From positions 56,034-120,033 of IMG/VR virus record IMGVR_UViG_3300027751_000004: a stretch of DNA of 64,000 nucleotides, one strand, 5' to 3'. The position numbers were made by a program, and so were the translations under genes. Under the pieces are notes generated by a model, which made no database searches, had not been told where the DNA came from, and saw only the letters and a program-made list of their open reading frames with translations. This document shows positions 1-9,284 of this stretch, in pieces. How positions within the stretch are numbered: position 1 is the first letter of the stretch; the number at the start of each line of letters is the position of its first letter. This DNA is from a virus. Lineage: Duplodnaviria > Caudoviricetes.

Positions 1-172
1 CTCTTTCACGGACTTCTTTTTCTGCGCTTTCTTCAGTTACTTCTGCGCAATCATCTACCGCACTGGGTAAGTCTTTTTTACCAAAGATAGCATCCCAGTT
101 ATCGTCAAATTTATTTTGGTCTGCAGCCTTGCGCTGTTTGCTACCTTTACCGCCCTGCCATTGTCCGCTCAT
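1..172 (-). CDS. Small hypothetical phage protein, truncated by the window edge (MSGQWQGGKGSKQRKAADQNKFDDNWDAIFGKK...)
   Basis: Read by hand: ATG at 172-170 overlapping the stop of 169..393, open to position 1; not in the ORF track. Confidence 0.65.
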   Translation of the reverse strand, partial: MSGQWQGGKGSKQRKAADQNKFDDNWDAIFGKKDLPSAVDDCAEVTEESAEKEVRER

Positions 173-393
173 TTAAGTATACCTGTTAAAAGTGTTAAAG
201 TCATGACTGTATTTAGCATAATCAACGCACGATCTTTCCACGCAAGACTGACAGTCAACCAGCCAATAGAACCGATTAAAGAGAAATATAAGTCAAACAA
301 ATGGTATTGCTCGCCTGCGCTTCTGAAAGCAACTGCTAATAGTATTGCAATCGATGCAGACCACTTTATCAACCATATGGTTCTGTCACTCAC
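169..393 (-). CDS. Small membrane protein (about 3 hydrophobic segments)
   Basis: 74-aa hydrophobic ORF; GTG start overlaps the upstream TGA (GTGA coupling). Confidence 0.7.
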   Translation of the reverse strand: MSDRTIWLIKWSASIAILLAVAFRSAGEQYHLFDLYFSLIGSIGWLTVSLAWKDRALIMLNTVMTLTLLTGILK

Positions 394-503
394 AAGTAGT
401 GATTCCAGATATAAGAGATAATCTCAAATAAACCCATGGTTAAAACCAAACTTCCTGCAGCTAAACCTAAGCCATACATCATATCAATAAACATATTAGT
501 CAT
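390..503 (-). CDS. 37-aa single-pass membrane peptide (MTNMFIDMMYGLGLAAGSLVLTMGLFEIISYIWNHYL)
   Basis: Read by hand; fills the gap between neighbours with overlapping start/stop codons; below the ORF-track cutoff. Confidence 0.55.
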   Translation of the reverse strand: MTNMFIDMMYGLGLAAGSLVLTMGLFEIISYIWNHYL

Positions 504-672
504 CCCGTATCATCAAATTTGGTGGTCTTTCATCTTCCATCCATTCTTCATGGAGAGTATACCACTCAAGAGCCAGTGTTTTCTTTGGGAACTTGGGGCT
601 GACTATCACGCCTTTAGAGTTCTTCCAAAAGTATTCATCCCAACCATTTTCGCTTGTTATATTAAGTTCCAC
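496..672 (-). CDS. Hypothetical protein (58 aa)
   Basis: Track ORF 496..732; likelier start is GTG at 672 after AAGGAAG. Confidence 0.55.
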   Translation of the reverse strand: MELNITSENGWDEYFWKNSKGVIVSPKFPKKTLALEWYTLHEEWMEDERPPNLMIRDD

Positions 673-682
673 AGTTCTTCCT

Positions 683-886
683 TTAAAACTTTGGTGCGTA
701 TTTGTGATAGAGTTTTGTAGATTCGTTAACAAGACCTTCTTTTTTACAAGCGTTCATCTTATCTTGAATACCATAACTCTCATCACGACCTTTTATAAAT
801 GCTCTGTGGTCGTCGCTCATTGAATAGAACCAATCATGATCGACCAGCATAGTTTCTAACTCTTTCAATATTTCAACTTTGTTCAT
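683..886 (-). CDS. Hypothetical protein with HDWFYSMSDD motif (67 aa)
   Basis: Track ORF 683..949; ATG at 886 preceded by GAGGTGGAG. Confidence 0.65.
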   Translation of the reverse strand: MNKVEILKELETMLVDHDWFYSMSDDHRAFIKGRDESYGIQDKMNACKKEGLVNESTKLYHKYAPKF

Positions 887-1313
887 ATTTCTCCACCTCA
901 ATGCCACATTGATGTAAAAACTCAATACCTTGATTAGTCCTGTAATCATTCTTATATATTACTTTCTTAATCCCAGATTGATAGATCAACTTGGCGCATT
1001 CTATACAAGGAGAATGAGTGATGAATATATCAGCACCCTCTCCGCTTTCTGACGACTTAGCAAGTTTTGTTATTGCGTTTGCTTCTGCGTGTAACACTTC
1101 TGGTTTTGTTTGTAAAAACTGAATGTCGCCATTTGGCCATTTAATTTCTTCTTCACAGGTATTATCCCAACCAGATGGCATACCATTATAGCCAATGGAG
1201 ATGATGCGATCATCTTTTACGACAATCGCACCAACTTGTAGCTTTTTAGCTGTACTGAGTTTTGAGAACCTTTCGGCTACGTCAATATATGCGGATACGA
1301 ACTTATCCTTCAT
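873..1313 (-). CDS. cd: dCMP deaminase
   Basis: VGAIVVKD..IISIGYNG, HAEANAI and PCIEC zinc-deaminase motifs. Confidence 0.92.
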   Translation of the reverse strand: MKDKFVSAYIDVAERFSKLSTAKKLQVGAIVVKDDRIISIGYNGMPSGWDNTCEEEIKWPNGDIQFLQTKPEVLHAEANAITKLAKSSESGEGADIFITHSPCIECAKLIYQSGIKKVIYKNDYRTNQGIEFLHQCGIEVEKYEQS

Positions 1314-2169
1314 CCAATAATTGCCCGAGCGTGGAAGGTCCAGCTATACCGTCAGCATCTAATCCATTTTTGTCTTGCCATTCCTTGAGTACAATCTCAG
1401 TACCAGCACCGAAGATACCATCAGCGCCAATACCTAATGCTTCTTGCATTAGCTTAACACCATCGCCACGTGATCCTTTACGCAATACACCGATATCTTC
1501 TAGGTCGATATCACCTTCATCTTCTTCGTGATCTTGAGAGTCGCAAGACTCTACACCCAAAGCATGAAGTGCTTCTTCCCAGTGATGTATTCTATCTTCA
1601 AGACCGATATAACCGCCATTGATTCGACGAGTTAGTTTCTTCATGTCTTGAGTGTCAGAATACTTATTAAGATTATTTTCATTCCAAAACCAAATTGCAG
1701 CTAGGATACCATAATTTGGATCTTCACTTAGTAGGTCTGGATTGTCAATAACTTCAGGGCAATCCATATCTTCTGCAAACGCAAGGTAGTTGTTTTTACC
1801 AGTTAGCTGAATTGGTCCACGACCACGATAGTTCCATCCATCACCCGACTCAGTCGGTCCATTACCCATACGGTTTGCATAAACTACATTAGCAATCGCT
1901 TCAGGGTTTCTAGCATACTCTTCAGCATCATGATCACCACGTGCGAAGTATTTACCAAAAACAGCATCCAATGCCTTTGCCGAATAGTTTAAGTTTTCGC
2001 TGAATACTCGCCAGCCACCAGACTCATGCCCACATTGTGCTAGGAATGCCGCAATACGATATGGTGTATTAATCTCGTATTTCGGAAACAACTCACGCAT
2101 GGCATCACACCATGCGGAAGCATCACTACACCTTGGGAATAACTCTTTAAATTGAGAATCGCTTATCAT
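1303..2169 (-). CDS. Endolysin: glycoside hydrolase family 19 domain plus C-terminal peptidoglycan-binding domain
   Basis: AAFLAQCGHES, ENLNYSA, YRGRGPIQLTGKNNY, TRRINGG (GH19); LRKGSRGDGVKLMQ..ADGIFG..WQ..GL.ADGIAG (PG_binding_1-like). Confidence 0.9.
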   Translation of the reverse strand: MISDSQFKELFPRCSDASAWCDAMRELFPKYEINTPYRIAAFLAQCGHESGGWRVFSENLNYSAKALDAVFGKYFARGDHDAEEYARNPEAIANVVYANRMGNGPTESGDGWNYRGRGPIQLTGKNNYLAFAEDMDCPEVIDNPDLLSEDPNYGILAAIWFWNENNLNKYSDTQDMKKLTRRINGGYIGLEDRIHHWEEALHALGVESCDSQDHEEDEGDIDLEDIGVLRKGSRGDGVKLMQEALGIGADGIFGAGTEIVLKEWQDKNGLDADGIAGPSTLGQLLDEG

Positions 2170-2172
2170 TTA

Positions 2173-2433
2173 TTACTCCTTGATGATATTAGCAATATGA
2201 GTTTCAAATTGCTCGACCTTATCAACACGGTTCGGCCAATAAATGTAATCCTTTTCTGGATTCATTTTTAGGTTAGTTAAAAGTGGTAGAACAGCATTGT
2301 ATAGTCTATTCAACCTGTCCTCTAATCCTGACGCAGTATCTGTAGTAGCACTGATAACTGACTGTGCTTCACGGACTGCGTCTAATTCACTCTCATCTAC
2401 AGCCGTGAAGCCAAAATCGAAAATATCACTCAT
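2173..2433 (-). CDS. Hypothetical phage protein (FDFGFTAVDE...NPEKDYIYWPNR)
   Basis: 86-aa ORF coupled to neighbours (ATG overlaps upstream TAA). Confidence 0.75.
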   Translation of the reverse strand: MSDIFDFGFTAVDESELDAVREAQSVISATTDTASGLEDRLNRLYNAVLPLLTNLKMNPEKDYIYWPNRVDKVEQFETHIANIIKE

Positions 2434-2690
2434 TTTACAATTTCCTCGTATAAAGTTTCAAAGTCCTCCGATTCGGATTGGACTTCAGTAAAGTTTTGCT
2501 TATGATATACTTTAGCAAGACGCTTTAAGTATTTAGGGTTTAAGCCAACTTCATCTTTGATTTTCACACAAATATCACGCTGTAATTCACGTTCAGAGTC
2601 TTGTCTAACCATAGAATTAGACATTTCTACGACCGCATCCTTAACAGTTTTCTTATCATTCGGGGAAGAGGGAATTATTACACTTGTCAT
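2430..2690 (-). CDS. dsbA: DsbA-like double-stranded DNA-binding protein
   Basis: 86 aa; IKDEVGLNPKYLKRLAKVYHKQN...FETLYEEI resembles the T4 DsbA C-terminal pattern (KDELGVDGKMFNRLLALYHKDN...VELYD). Confidence 0.6.
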   Translation of the reverse strand: MTSVIIPSSPNDKKTVKDAVVEMSNSMVRQDSERELQRDICVKIKDEVGLNPKYLKRLAKVYHKQNFTEVQSESEDFETLYEEIVK

Positions 2691-2716
2691 TATATAGTCT
2701 CCGTAGAAGCAGCAGA

Positions 2717-2989
2717 TTACTCTGCTGCAGGTTCTTCAGTTGGTTCTTCTGGGGGTGTTCTACCTTCAGGATCAGGGTCAACATCTGCATCAGCAGGTTC
2801 TTGCTGAGGGATATTAGCGTCAAGGAATGCAGCAACTTTATTCCGCAAAGCACCTACAGTTTCCAGTTCCTGAGGCTTAAACGCACCTCTAGTGGCACAC
2901 GCATCAATTACAGATAACATATTACGGATATCATTCAGATTGATATCGGGAGTTTGTGCTTCATCAGCAACAGTATTTTCTTCGCTCAT
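2717..2989 (-). CDS. Hypothetical acidic protein (IDACATRGAFK..EL..VG motif)
   Basis: Track ORF 2717..3034; ATG at 2989 after AAGGA. Confidence 0.7.
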   Translation of the reverse strand: MSEENTVADEAQTPDINLNDIRNMLSVIDACATRGAFKPQELETVGALRNKVAAFLDANIPQQEPADADVDPDPEGRTPPEEPTEEPAAE

Positions 2990-2999
2990 TTTATTTTCC

Positions 3000-3677
3000 T
3001 TATGCATTAAACTTTGAATTTTTCTCAAGGGCAACCCAGTATGTTACTTCACCAGTCGCAAATTGAGAGATTAATTTAGACGAGATAGACACTTTCATAT
3101 CACCACCAACAAACTTAAAGTTAGAGATATTGAAGATCATCTCGAATGAAGAGTCAGGTCGAGTAGCAGACGGGATAGACATTTCATAACTGTTAGAGGT
3201 AGAGTCTTTAGTATCGGTCACCTTAACAGTAACGCCAGAACCACCTTCTTCACCTACAACCACAACGTCACTAGAACCTAGTGCAGCTGCCGCACGTCGA
3301 ATAGAAGACAATTGATCTTCAGTAATGTCCAGTTCAATCTCGCAAGCAGGCATAGTAATGTCTTTTTGCGGAGTAGTTAGGATAGAAGCATCAGAGAAGA
3401 AGTAGTTTACAGACTGACCACCCTCGCTAATCTTAACAGTCTTACCATCATCGCCAAACTCGAGGTCTGGGTCTTCAAACATACCTACAACCGAAAGGAA
3501 TTCATTCAGGTCATAGATACCAAAATCCTGAGGGAAAGATTCAGCAACATTGGCTGTCGCTAGAATATTCTTTGCTTCAGAAATAGTTTTGATTACGTTA
3601 CCAGCCTTTACAACGATATTGGGATTAATCGTTGAGAAGTTCTTTAGCATCGCAACCGTTTCATTCGAGATTTTCAT
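3000..3677 (-). CDS. gp45: DNA polymerase sliding clamp
   Basis: MKIS.ET..LKNFSTIN, FGIYDLNEFLS, YWVALE motifs; GGAG RBS before ATG at 3677. Confidence 0.93.
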   Translation of the reverse strand: MKISNETVAMLKNFSTINPNIVVKAGNVIKTISEAKNILATANVAESFPQDFGIYDLNEFLSVVGMFEDPDLEFGDDGKTVKISEGGQSVNYFFSDASILTTPQKDITMPACEIELDITEDQLSSIRRAAAALGSSDVVVVGEEGGSGVTVKVTDTKDSTSNSYEMSIPSATRPDSSFEMIFNISNFKFVGGDMKVSISSKLISQFATGEVTYWVALEKNSKFNA

Positions 3678-3705
3678 GTTGTTCTCCATAGTTAAAGTTG
3701 GCAAT

Positions 3706-3734
3706 ATTATACCTTATTTCTCGCCATTAGTAAA
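3706..3734 (-). promoter_or_regulatory. Early-type sigma70 promoter for gp45 and downstream genes
   Basis: TTTACT-N17-TATAAT on the minus strand, overlapping the 3' end of the upstream ORF. Confidence 0.8.
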
Positions 3735-4130
3735 GTGTTTTTTTGCTACTTCATCCCATTCAAGGGGAGTAACAGAATCGATAGAAGCAGGAGAGATACC
3801 AGACTCAACAGGTTTACTTGCGAGTGGTACTTCATTTGCTGGGGATGCGTTGAGGGTTTGTTCAACTCTGTCGTGCTCATAAAGGGCAAGCAAGCCATAG
3901 TGTATAACCTTCAACAGGTCTTTGCGGTGGTCAGAACGACTACCTTTTTGACCATATCGGTTTGAGTATTTATCCACGTTTCCGAGGAAGAAACCCATAC
4001 CACGCCCACGATCAACAATGACCTCAGACGTTTGAATCTTATCGCCACCATAGTGTTGACTATAGGTGGCGTCGACATATTCTTTTATTTCAGAGAGAAG
4101 TTCGCCCTCTCTAAATTTATAATTGATCAT
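3714..4130 (-). CDS. DUF3310-like protein (T7 gp1.7 nucleotide-kinase-like family)
   Basis: HY...IQ..E.I......F.LGNV.KY..RYG.KG....DLLK..HY pattern. Confidence 0.6.
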   Translation of the reverse strand: MINYKFREGELLSEIKEYVDATYSQHYGGDKIQTSEVIVDRGRGMGFFLGNVDKYSNRYGQKGSRSDHRKDLLKVIHYGLLALYEHDRVEQTLNASPANEVPLASKPVESGISPASIDSVTPLEWDEVAKKHFTNGEK

Positions 4131-4138
4131 TTAATCTC

Positions 4139-5311
4139 CTAGAAAGCAGGTTCGTCATTATCAATAGCATCTAACACATCACCTAGATTTACTTCAGGGG
4201 CGACCTCATTAGAGTCAATTTTACTGTATAAGTCTAAGAAGGCAGACTTTGTATCTTCATCAAAACGGTTTACACATAACTCAATAGATCTAGCACGGTC
4301 ATTAAAGATAGAAAACGTTTGAGCAATGTGACATAGGCGACGAGTAGAAATAATATCTTCAACACCACCATCAGCATAAGTCTTGCGAATAATCTCAGAC
4401 CAAGTAGTTAGCTTATCAGCAAAGTCAGTATCAACCGCACCAAACTTATCCATATGGTTCAGTAGGATCTTTTTCTCTATTGCGAGAGAAGGGTAAGGTT
4501 GCTCAACAGTAATACTGAATCGCTCCAGGAATGCTTCATCAATAATCGTAGCAGCAACAAACCTGCCATCTTCCGAACCTTGACCTTTGGTGTTAGCAGT
4601 AGCAATCACGTTGAATCCAGGAGCAGGAGTAATCATCTCACCAGTTTTCTTAATCATAACTGGCTTACCCTCAAGAACACCCTGAAGAGCCATCAAACGA
4701 TTAGAAGAACGATCAACTTCATCGATCAGAAGTATCGCACCAGCTTCCATCGCTTTGATAACTGGACCCTTTTGGAAAACTGTCTCACCGTTGATCAAAC
4801 GGAAACCACCGATTAGATCATCCTCATCAGTCTCAGGAGTAATCTGAACACGGACATACTCACGCTTAGATTTAGCGCACGCTTGCTCGACCATCATTGT
4901 TTTACCATTACCAGATAGACCAGTAATAAAGGTTGGGTAGAACATACCCGAATCAATAATAGTTTTAATGTCTTTGAAGTTACCCCAGCTGACATAAGTA
5001 GAGTCAGCAGAAGGAACATAGACTTCATTGTTAGTAACAGATTGTACAGCAGTCATTAAAGGTTTTCTCTCAGCTGGAGCATTAGAAGTTTGCTCAGCAT
5101 TAACATTACGGAAAGGAAGGATCTGAGCTTCCAAATTCCAAACACCACGTGAAATTTTATTATCGGCAATCATCACCTCACGGTAGACTCTACCTTTTGC
5201 AACGCCAGTAGCATCGCAGGCATCATATATATCTTTGTTACGGAAGTGGCTTCGGTCAGGAAAACGTTTAGCCAACTCACTGTAAAGTGGAGCAAAAGCA
5301 TATGTACTCAT
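4139..5311 (-). CDS. MoxR/CbbQ-type AAA+ ATPase (phage 'CobS-like')
   Basis: Walker A GLSGNGKT, DEDDLIGG, Walker B LLIDE, ATANTKG, EAFLERF, ISTRRL. Confidence 0.88.
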   Translation of the reverse strand: MSTYAFAPLYSELAKRFPDRSHFRNKDIYDACDATGVAKGRVYREVMIADNKISRGVWNLEAQILPFRNVNAEQTSNAPAERKPLMTAVQSVTNNEVYVPSADSTYVSWGNFKDIKTIIDSGMFYPTFITGLSGNGKTMMVEQACAKSKREYVRVQITPETDEDDLIGGFRLINGETVFQKGPVIKAMEAGAILLIDEVDRSSNRLMALQGVLEGKPVMIKKTGEMITPAPGFNVIATANTKGQGSEDGRFVAATIIDEAFLERFSITVEQPYPSLAIEKKILLNHMDKFGAVDTDFADKLTTWSEIIRKTYADGGVEDIISTRRLCHIAQTFSIFNDRARSIELCVNRFDEDTKSAFLDLYSKIDSNEVAPEVNLGDVLDAIDNDEPAF

Positions 5312-5353
5312 AATATAATCTCTCTCTAATCAATTAACTCATTCAATACACAT

Positions 5354-5382
5354 ATTATACTACATTTAAACCCAAAAGTAAA
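5354..5382 (-). promoter_or_regulatory. Early-type sigma70 promoter with upstream A-tracts
   Basis: TTTACT-N17-TATAAT upstream of the AAA ATPase. Confidence 0.85.
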
Positions 5383-5410
5383 GGGTTTTTTAAACTTTTT
5401 TGATCTTTTT

Positions 5411-7489
5411 TTAAGCGACCATCTCAGCAAACTTACTAGCAAGAACACGGTTGCCTTTCTTAGACTTAGCAAACTTCTTAAACTCACGAGTCAGCGCACC
5501 TTTAGAATCATCTTTAGGGGCAAAGTCCGTAGTAGCAGTATCCAACTTTGTAGTTCTCAGGAAGAAGTATCTATCGAAACCTAACTGGTCATCAACAGAT
5601 ACACCGCCTTTTCTCCAGTCAGTAAGGACAGGTCTGATCTCTTGCTCAGTGTCATAACCTTTACCCTCGGAGCGATACAAACGATATCTAACATCATTGG
5701 CTCGGTTAGTTAGGAAGTAACAAACCGTATTACAGCCAGTATGTTTTTTCAACGACTCAACCAGAGTTTGAGTACCAGCATAGTTAGTCTTACAATTGAT
5801 ACGCTCGCCACCTACAGTGAACACCATTCGATTAGAGTTAAAGTAGCCATCGTTCATATCGTGAACTTGCGCATAGTCATAACGAATAGTGTTAGTATCA
5901 CCATCACTCAGCAGAGTAAAGTTTACTTTGTCAAGACCATAAGTATCACGGAAGTCAGGAATCAAAGTATGCATAGCAATCAATGCCTGATTCAGAGGAG
6001 TACCACCCATCATTTCATGCGTAGACTCATGGAAGTTATAGATTTGATAACAAGCAGTTTCAAAGTCTTTCTTGCTCATCTCATTAGAAAGTAACTCAAA
6101 CAGAGACATAGATTCCCAATCAATAACGTGTTTAAAGTTACGCTCTTTAAGACCATTAGAAGTAAACCCATAAACACGGAAAGGGATATTCACTTTACGA
6201 CAAAAGTGTGCGATATTGATAGCTTGTTTCTTTACATTAGCAATACAATCATCCATAGAGCCAGAGTAGTCAACCAACATTACCAGACCATGATTCTTAG
6301 CATCAGCCAGCTTGGTAGTTCTAGCGAAGATATCTTCGTTGTATTTGTAAGAGTATAGTTTAGTAACATCAATAGAACCAGTCTTAGAAGTTCTAGATCT
6401 TGAATAGCGATATGCAGCTTTCTTCATCTCAAACTCACGAGCCATAGTATTAACTACAGACTTGGTCTCAGCCAAGAACTCATCATAAGATTGGGTCACG
6501 TATCTACGCTGATACCAATGAGTGTTTTCATCAGACCTTTCATTAATAAGAGTTTTGTAATCAGCAACAAGACTCTTGGCTTCCTTTAAAGTTAGGGAGC
6601 GAACAACTACAGGGGAACTATCACCATCATGGCTTTCTAGAAGATCAGACTCTTTAGAACGGAACGCTTCATCAGTCTCAACGATTTCGTTACCAGCACC
6701 AGCATTGCTAGAGAATCCTTCCTCAATATCTTTACTTACATCTTCCTCGCTATCTTCAGTATCCTCTCCTTCGATTTCTTCGACAACGTCTTGTTGTTCG
6801 CTGTCCATTTCACTATCTTTACTCTCAGGAATGCCAGATTGATTGTCAGTTGAAGGTGAATCCTCTGTACTTTTTTCCATACTTTCTTCATCGTTATCCC
6901 CCTCAGGATTTTCATTTTGATTTTGAGCTTGATCCTGTTGTTTCTCAACACCTACATAGTCAAGTAAAGATCTAGCAGCATCAACAACTTCTTCCCACGT
7001 TTCAGCAGAGAAACATTTCTTTACTACAGGAAGTTCGTCTTTATCAAATGTAATATCTACTAGTTGGTTCAGTTTGGCTTTAATATTGATACGGTCGGGC
7101 AAACCATAGGAAGAATATTCCCTATCCTGAGTACCAAAGAAGTTTTCGTCAAACAAAACTTGATAACCACCTTGGAACGACTTAACTAATCCTGGATACT
7201 TACTACGGATCATTCGCTCAATGCGGATATCTTCAATAATGTTAAGGAATGAACGAGGAATACCCTCGACATCTATTTCGGAATCATGCCAACCCTCTCT
7301 AGGAGTAAACAAAGCATGACCGACCTCATGACCGATAAGCAGGTCTTGAACATCAGCACCTTTGTCTTTCCATAGGGGAAGATTTAGAACACGGTTAATA
7401 ACATCAAACGATGCGGTCTGGTAGTTACCCTCACGCACCTCAATGTTTTCATTAGCAAGCAATCTAGCTAGAGTAGATTTAACTGTCAT
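5411..7489 (-). CDS. HExxH metallopeptidase-like domain + acidic linker + VWA domain protein ('CobT-like' partner of the MoxR ATPase)
   Basis: HEVGH and NIIEDIRIE at the N-terminus; MIDAS DYSGS, GGTPL and LSDG at the C-terminus. Confidence 0.82.
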   Translation of the reverse strand: MTVKSTLARLLANENIEVREGNYQTASFDVINRVLNLPLWKDKGADVQDLLIGHEVGHALFTPREGWHDSEIDVEGIPRSFLNIIEDIRIERMIRSKYPGLVKSFQGGYQVLFDENFFGTQDREYSSYGLPDRINIKAKLNQLVDITFDKDELPVVKKCFSAETWEEVVDAARSLLDYVGVEKQQDQAQNQNENPEGDNDEESMEKSTEDSPSTDNQSGIPESKDSEMDSEQQDVVEEIEGEDTEDSEEDVSKDIEEGFSSNAGAGNEIVETDEAFRSKESDLLESHDGDSSPVVVRSLTLKEAKSLVADYKTLINERSDENTHWYQRRYVTQSYDEFLAETKSVVNTMAREFEMKKAAYRYSRSRTSKTGSIDVTKLYSYKYNEDIFARTTKLADAKNHGLVMLVDYSGSMDDCIANVKKQAINIAHFCRKVNIPFRVYGFTSNGLKERNFKHVIDWESMSLFELLSNEMSKKDFETACYQIYNFHESTHEMMGGTPLNQALIAMHTLIPDFRDTYGLDKVNFTLLSDGDTNTIRYDYAQVHDMNDGYFNSNRMVFTVGGERINCKTNYAGTQTLVESLKKHTGCNTVCYFLTNRANDVRYRLYRSEGKGYDTEQEIRPVLTDWRKGGVSVDDQLGFDRYFFLRTTKLDTATTDFAPKDDSKGALTREFKKFAKSKKGNRVLASKFAEMVA

Positions 7490-7516
7490 ATAGAATACCT
7501 CTCAATCAATACATGT

Positions 7517-7545
7517 ATTATACTATAAGTAATTGAGAAAGTAAA
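7517..7545 (-). promoter_or_regulatory. Early-type sigma70 promoter with upstream A-tract
   Basis: TTTACT-N17-TATAAT upstream of the VWA gene. Confidence 0.85.
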
Positions 7546-7568
7546 GGGTTTTTTTGAATTATTTTAAA

Positions 7569-9284
7569 TTATTTTATCTTACTGAAGTTTCTTTCCTTAG
7601 TAAACTCTATCTTAGATCTAAACTTGCCGTCTAGAACATCACCTTTGTGAGATATGATAAACGTATTAGTTCCTTCCTCTAGAGTCTCAAGGATCTTGAG
7701 TAGATTCTCGATACCATCATTATCTAGAGAAGAGTCAAACGTTTCGTCTAGGATCAATAAGTTAGAAGAAGCACTATTCTTCATACGAGCAATTTGACGC
7801 CATGTAAACAATAATGCCAAATCAATACGTTGTTTCTCACCCTCACTGAACGAGGCATAGTTAAACGAGTCACGGAAACGGGATTTGATAGTCTCAGTGA
7901 AACTCTCATCAAGGTTGAAAGAAACATAGAAGTCCATAACCTGCAGGTAATGATTGATGAGTTTATTCATTACAGGCAGATACTGCTTGATAACCTTAGT
8001 TTTGATACCGCTATCCTTTAGCATTTCGCCCACAGCTTCTTGATAGGTTTTCTGCTCAGATAGTTCTAGCTTTCTCTCGGTTAATGAATCACGCTCTTCG
8101 CTTAGTCGAGTCAGCTTAGAGTTAGCTTCCCCAAGATCTCCCTCTTTAGAGGTAAGTTTAGTGATGTCTTTTTCTAAAGCAGTTATCTGTTTCTGTAGAC
8201 GAGAAATCTCTTTATTGTTAAGTGTCAACTCAGAAGTATCTTCACGAACCTTTTCAGATATAGAATCTAACTCCAATATGTTAGTTTCTACTGCGGCAGA
8301 TTGTGAAGAAGCATCAATAACCGCCTTGTTTAATTCTCTGGCTTTTTCATGAGCAGTCTCTAGTTTATCCTGCCTTAGTTCTTCAGCGATATCTTGTTCG
8401 CAGGTAGGGCATTGCTCGTTGTTTTCATAGAACTTGGCATCCTTAACTACAGACTTTATCTGCTGCTCGAACTGAGCCTTATACTTGAGCAAACTTTGTT
8501 TCTTACTCTGAGCATTAGATATATTTTCTTTCAATCCGTTTGAACATTCTTCTATCGATAACGATAGTGCTGCGTTGCTTTCTTGTATACCTGTAATAGT
8601 AGATTGACTTTCTTCTATCGATTTACGCTTATCGGATATTTGACCATCATTAATGTCAGCAATCTCACGGATGTAGTCTTTCTGTAAACCAATTTTATCT
8701 TTAACCAGTTCTACTCGATACTTGTTATCTTTAGCGTCTTCTTTGAGACGTTGCGACTGCTCTTTCAGTATCTGATTCATCTTACCGAATATTTGAATAT
8801 CAAGTAAATCTTCGATCACCTCACGACGATGATAGGTCGGCAGTTGCATAAACGGAATGAAAGACGAAGAACCAAGAACAACTACTTGGTGGAAAGACTT
8901 ATGATTAAGTTTTAAGATATTTTGCTCTAGGAACTTTTGATAGTCTCGGCTAGTTGATGACTGATCTACCATCTTACCATTCTGCCATATCTCAAACTTA
9001 TTTGGCTTGATACCACGAACAACCTTAAACTCTACGTTGCTGATAGTAAACTCAACTTCAACTAATGCGTCACGGTTATTGATGCTGTTAACTAGCTGCA
9101 GCTTCTTGATGTCTCTATGAGGTTTACCGAATAAGGCGAACGAAAGAGCATCTAGCATGGTAGACTTACCTGCGCCATTATGCCCTACAATCAATGTAGA
9201 GGGGGAGCGGTCAAGGTGTATTTCAGTAAAGGTGTTACCAGTGGACAGGAAGTTCTTCCACCTGAGTTTAGTAAAATGAATCAT
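7569..9284 (-). CDS. gp46: Recombination endonuclease ATPase subunit (Rad50/SbcC-like)
   Basis: KNFLSTGN, GHNGAGKST, CPTC zinc hook, FSEGEK signature, LILDE, ISH. Confidence 0.96.
   Translation of the reverse strand: MIHFTKLRWKNFLSTGNTFTEIHLDRSPSTLIVGHNGAGKSTMLDALSFALFGKPHRDIKKLQLVNSINNRDALVEVEFTISNVEFKVVRGIKPNKFEIWQNGKMVDQSSTSRDYQKFLEQNILKLNHKSFHQVVVLGSSSFIPFMQLPTYHRREVIEDLLDIQIFGKMNQILKEQSQRLKEDAKDNKYRVELVKDKIGLQKDYIREIADINDGQISDKRKSIEESQSTITGIQESNAALSLSIEECSNGLKENISNAQSKKQSLLKYKAQFEQQIKSVVKDAKFYENNEQCPTCEQDIAEELRQDKLETAHEKARELNKAVIDASSQSAAVETNILELDSISEKVREDTSELTLNNKEISRLQKQITALEKDITKLTSKEGDLGEANSKLTRLSEERDSLTERKLELSEQKTYQEAVGEMLKDSGIKTKVIKQYLPVMNKLINHYLQVMDFYVSFNLDESFTETIKSRFRDSFNYASFSEGEKQRIDLALLFTWRQIARMKNSASSNLLILDETFDSSLDNDGIENLLKILETLEEGTNTFIISHKGDVLDGKFRSKIEFTKERNFSKIK

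Noticed and set aside
4139-5311. cobS cobalamin-synthesis auxiliary metabolic gene
   Set aside because: Motifs show only a MoxR-type AAA+ ATPase; no cobN or other cobalamin genes are present and the partner carries a peptidase-like domain
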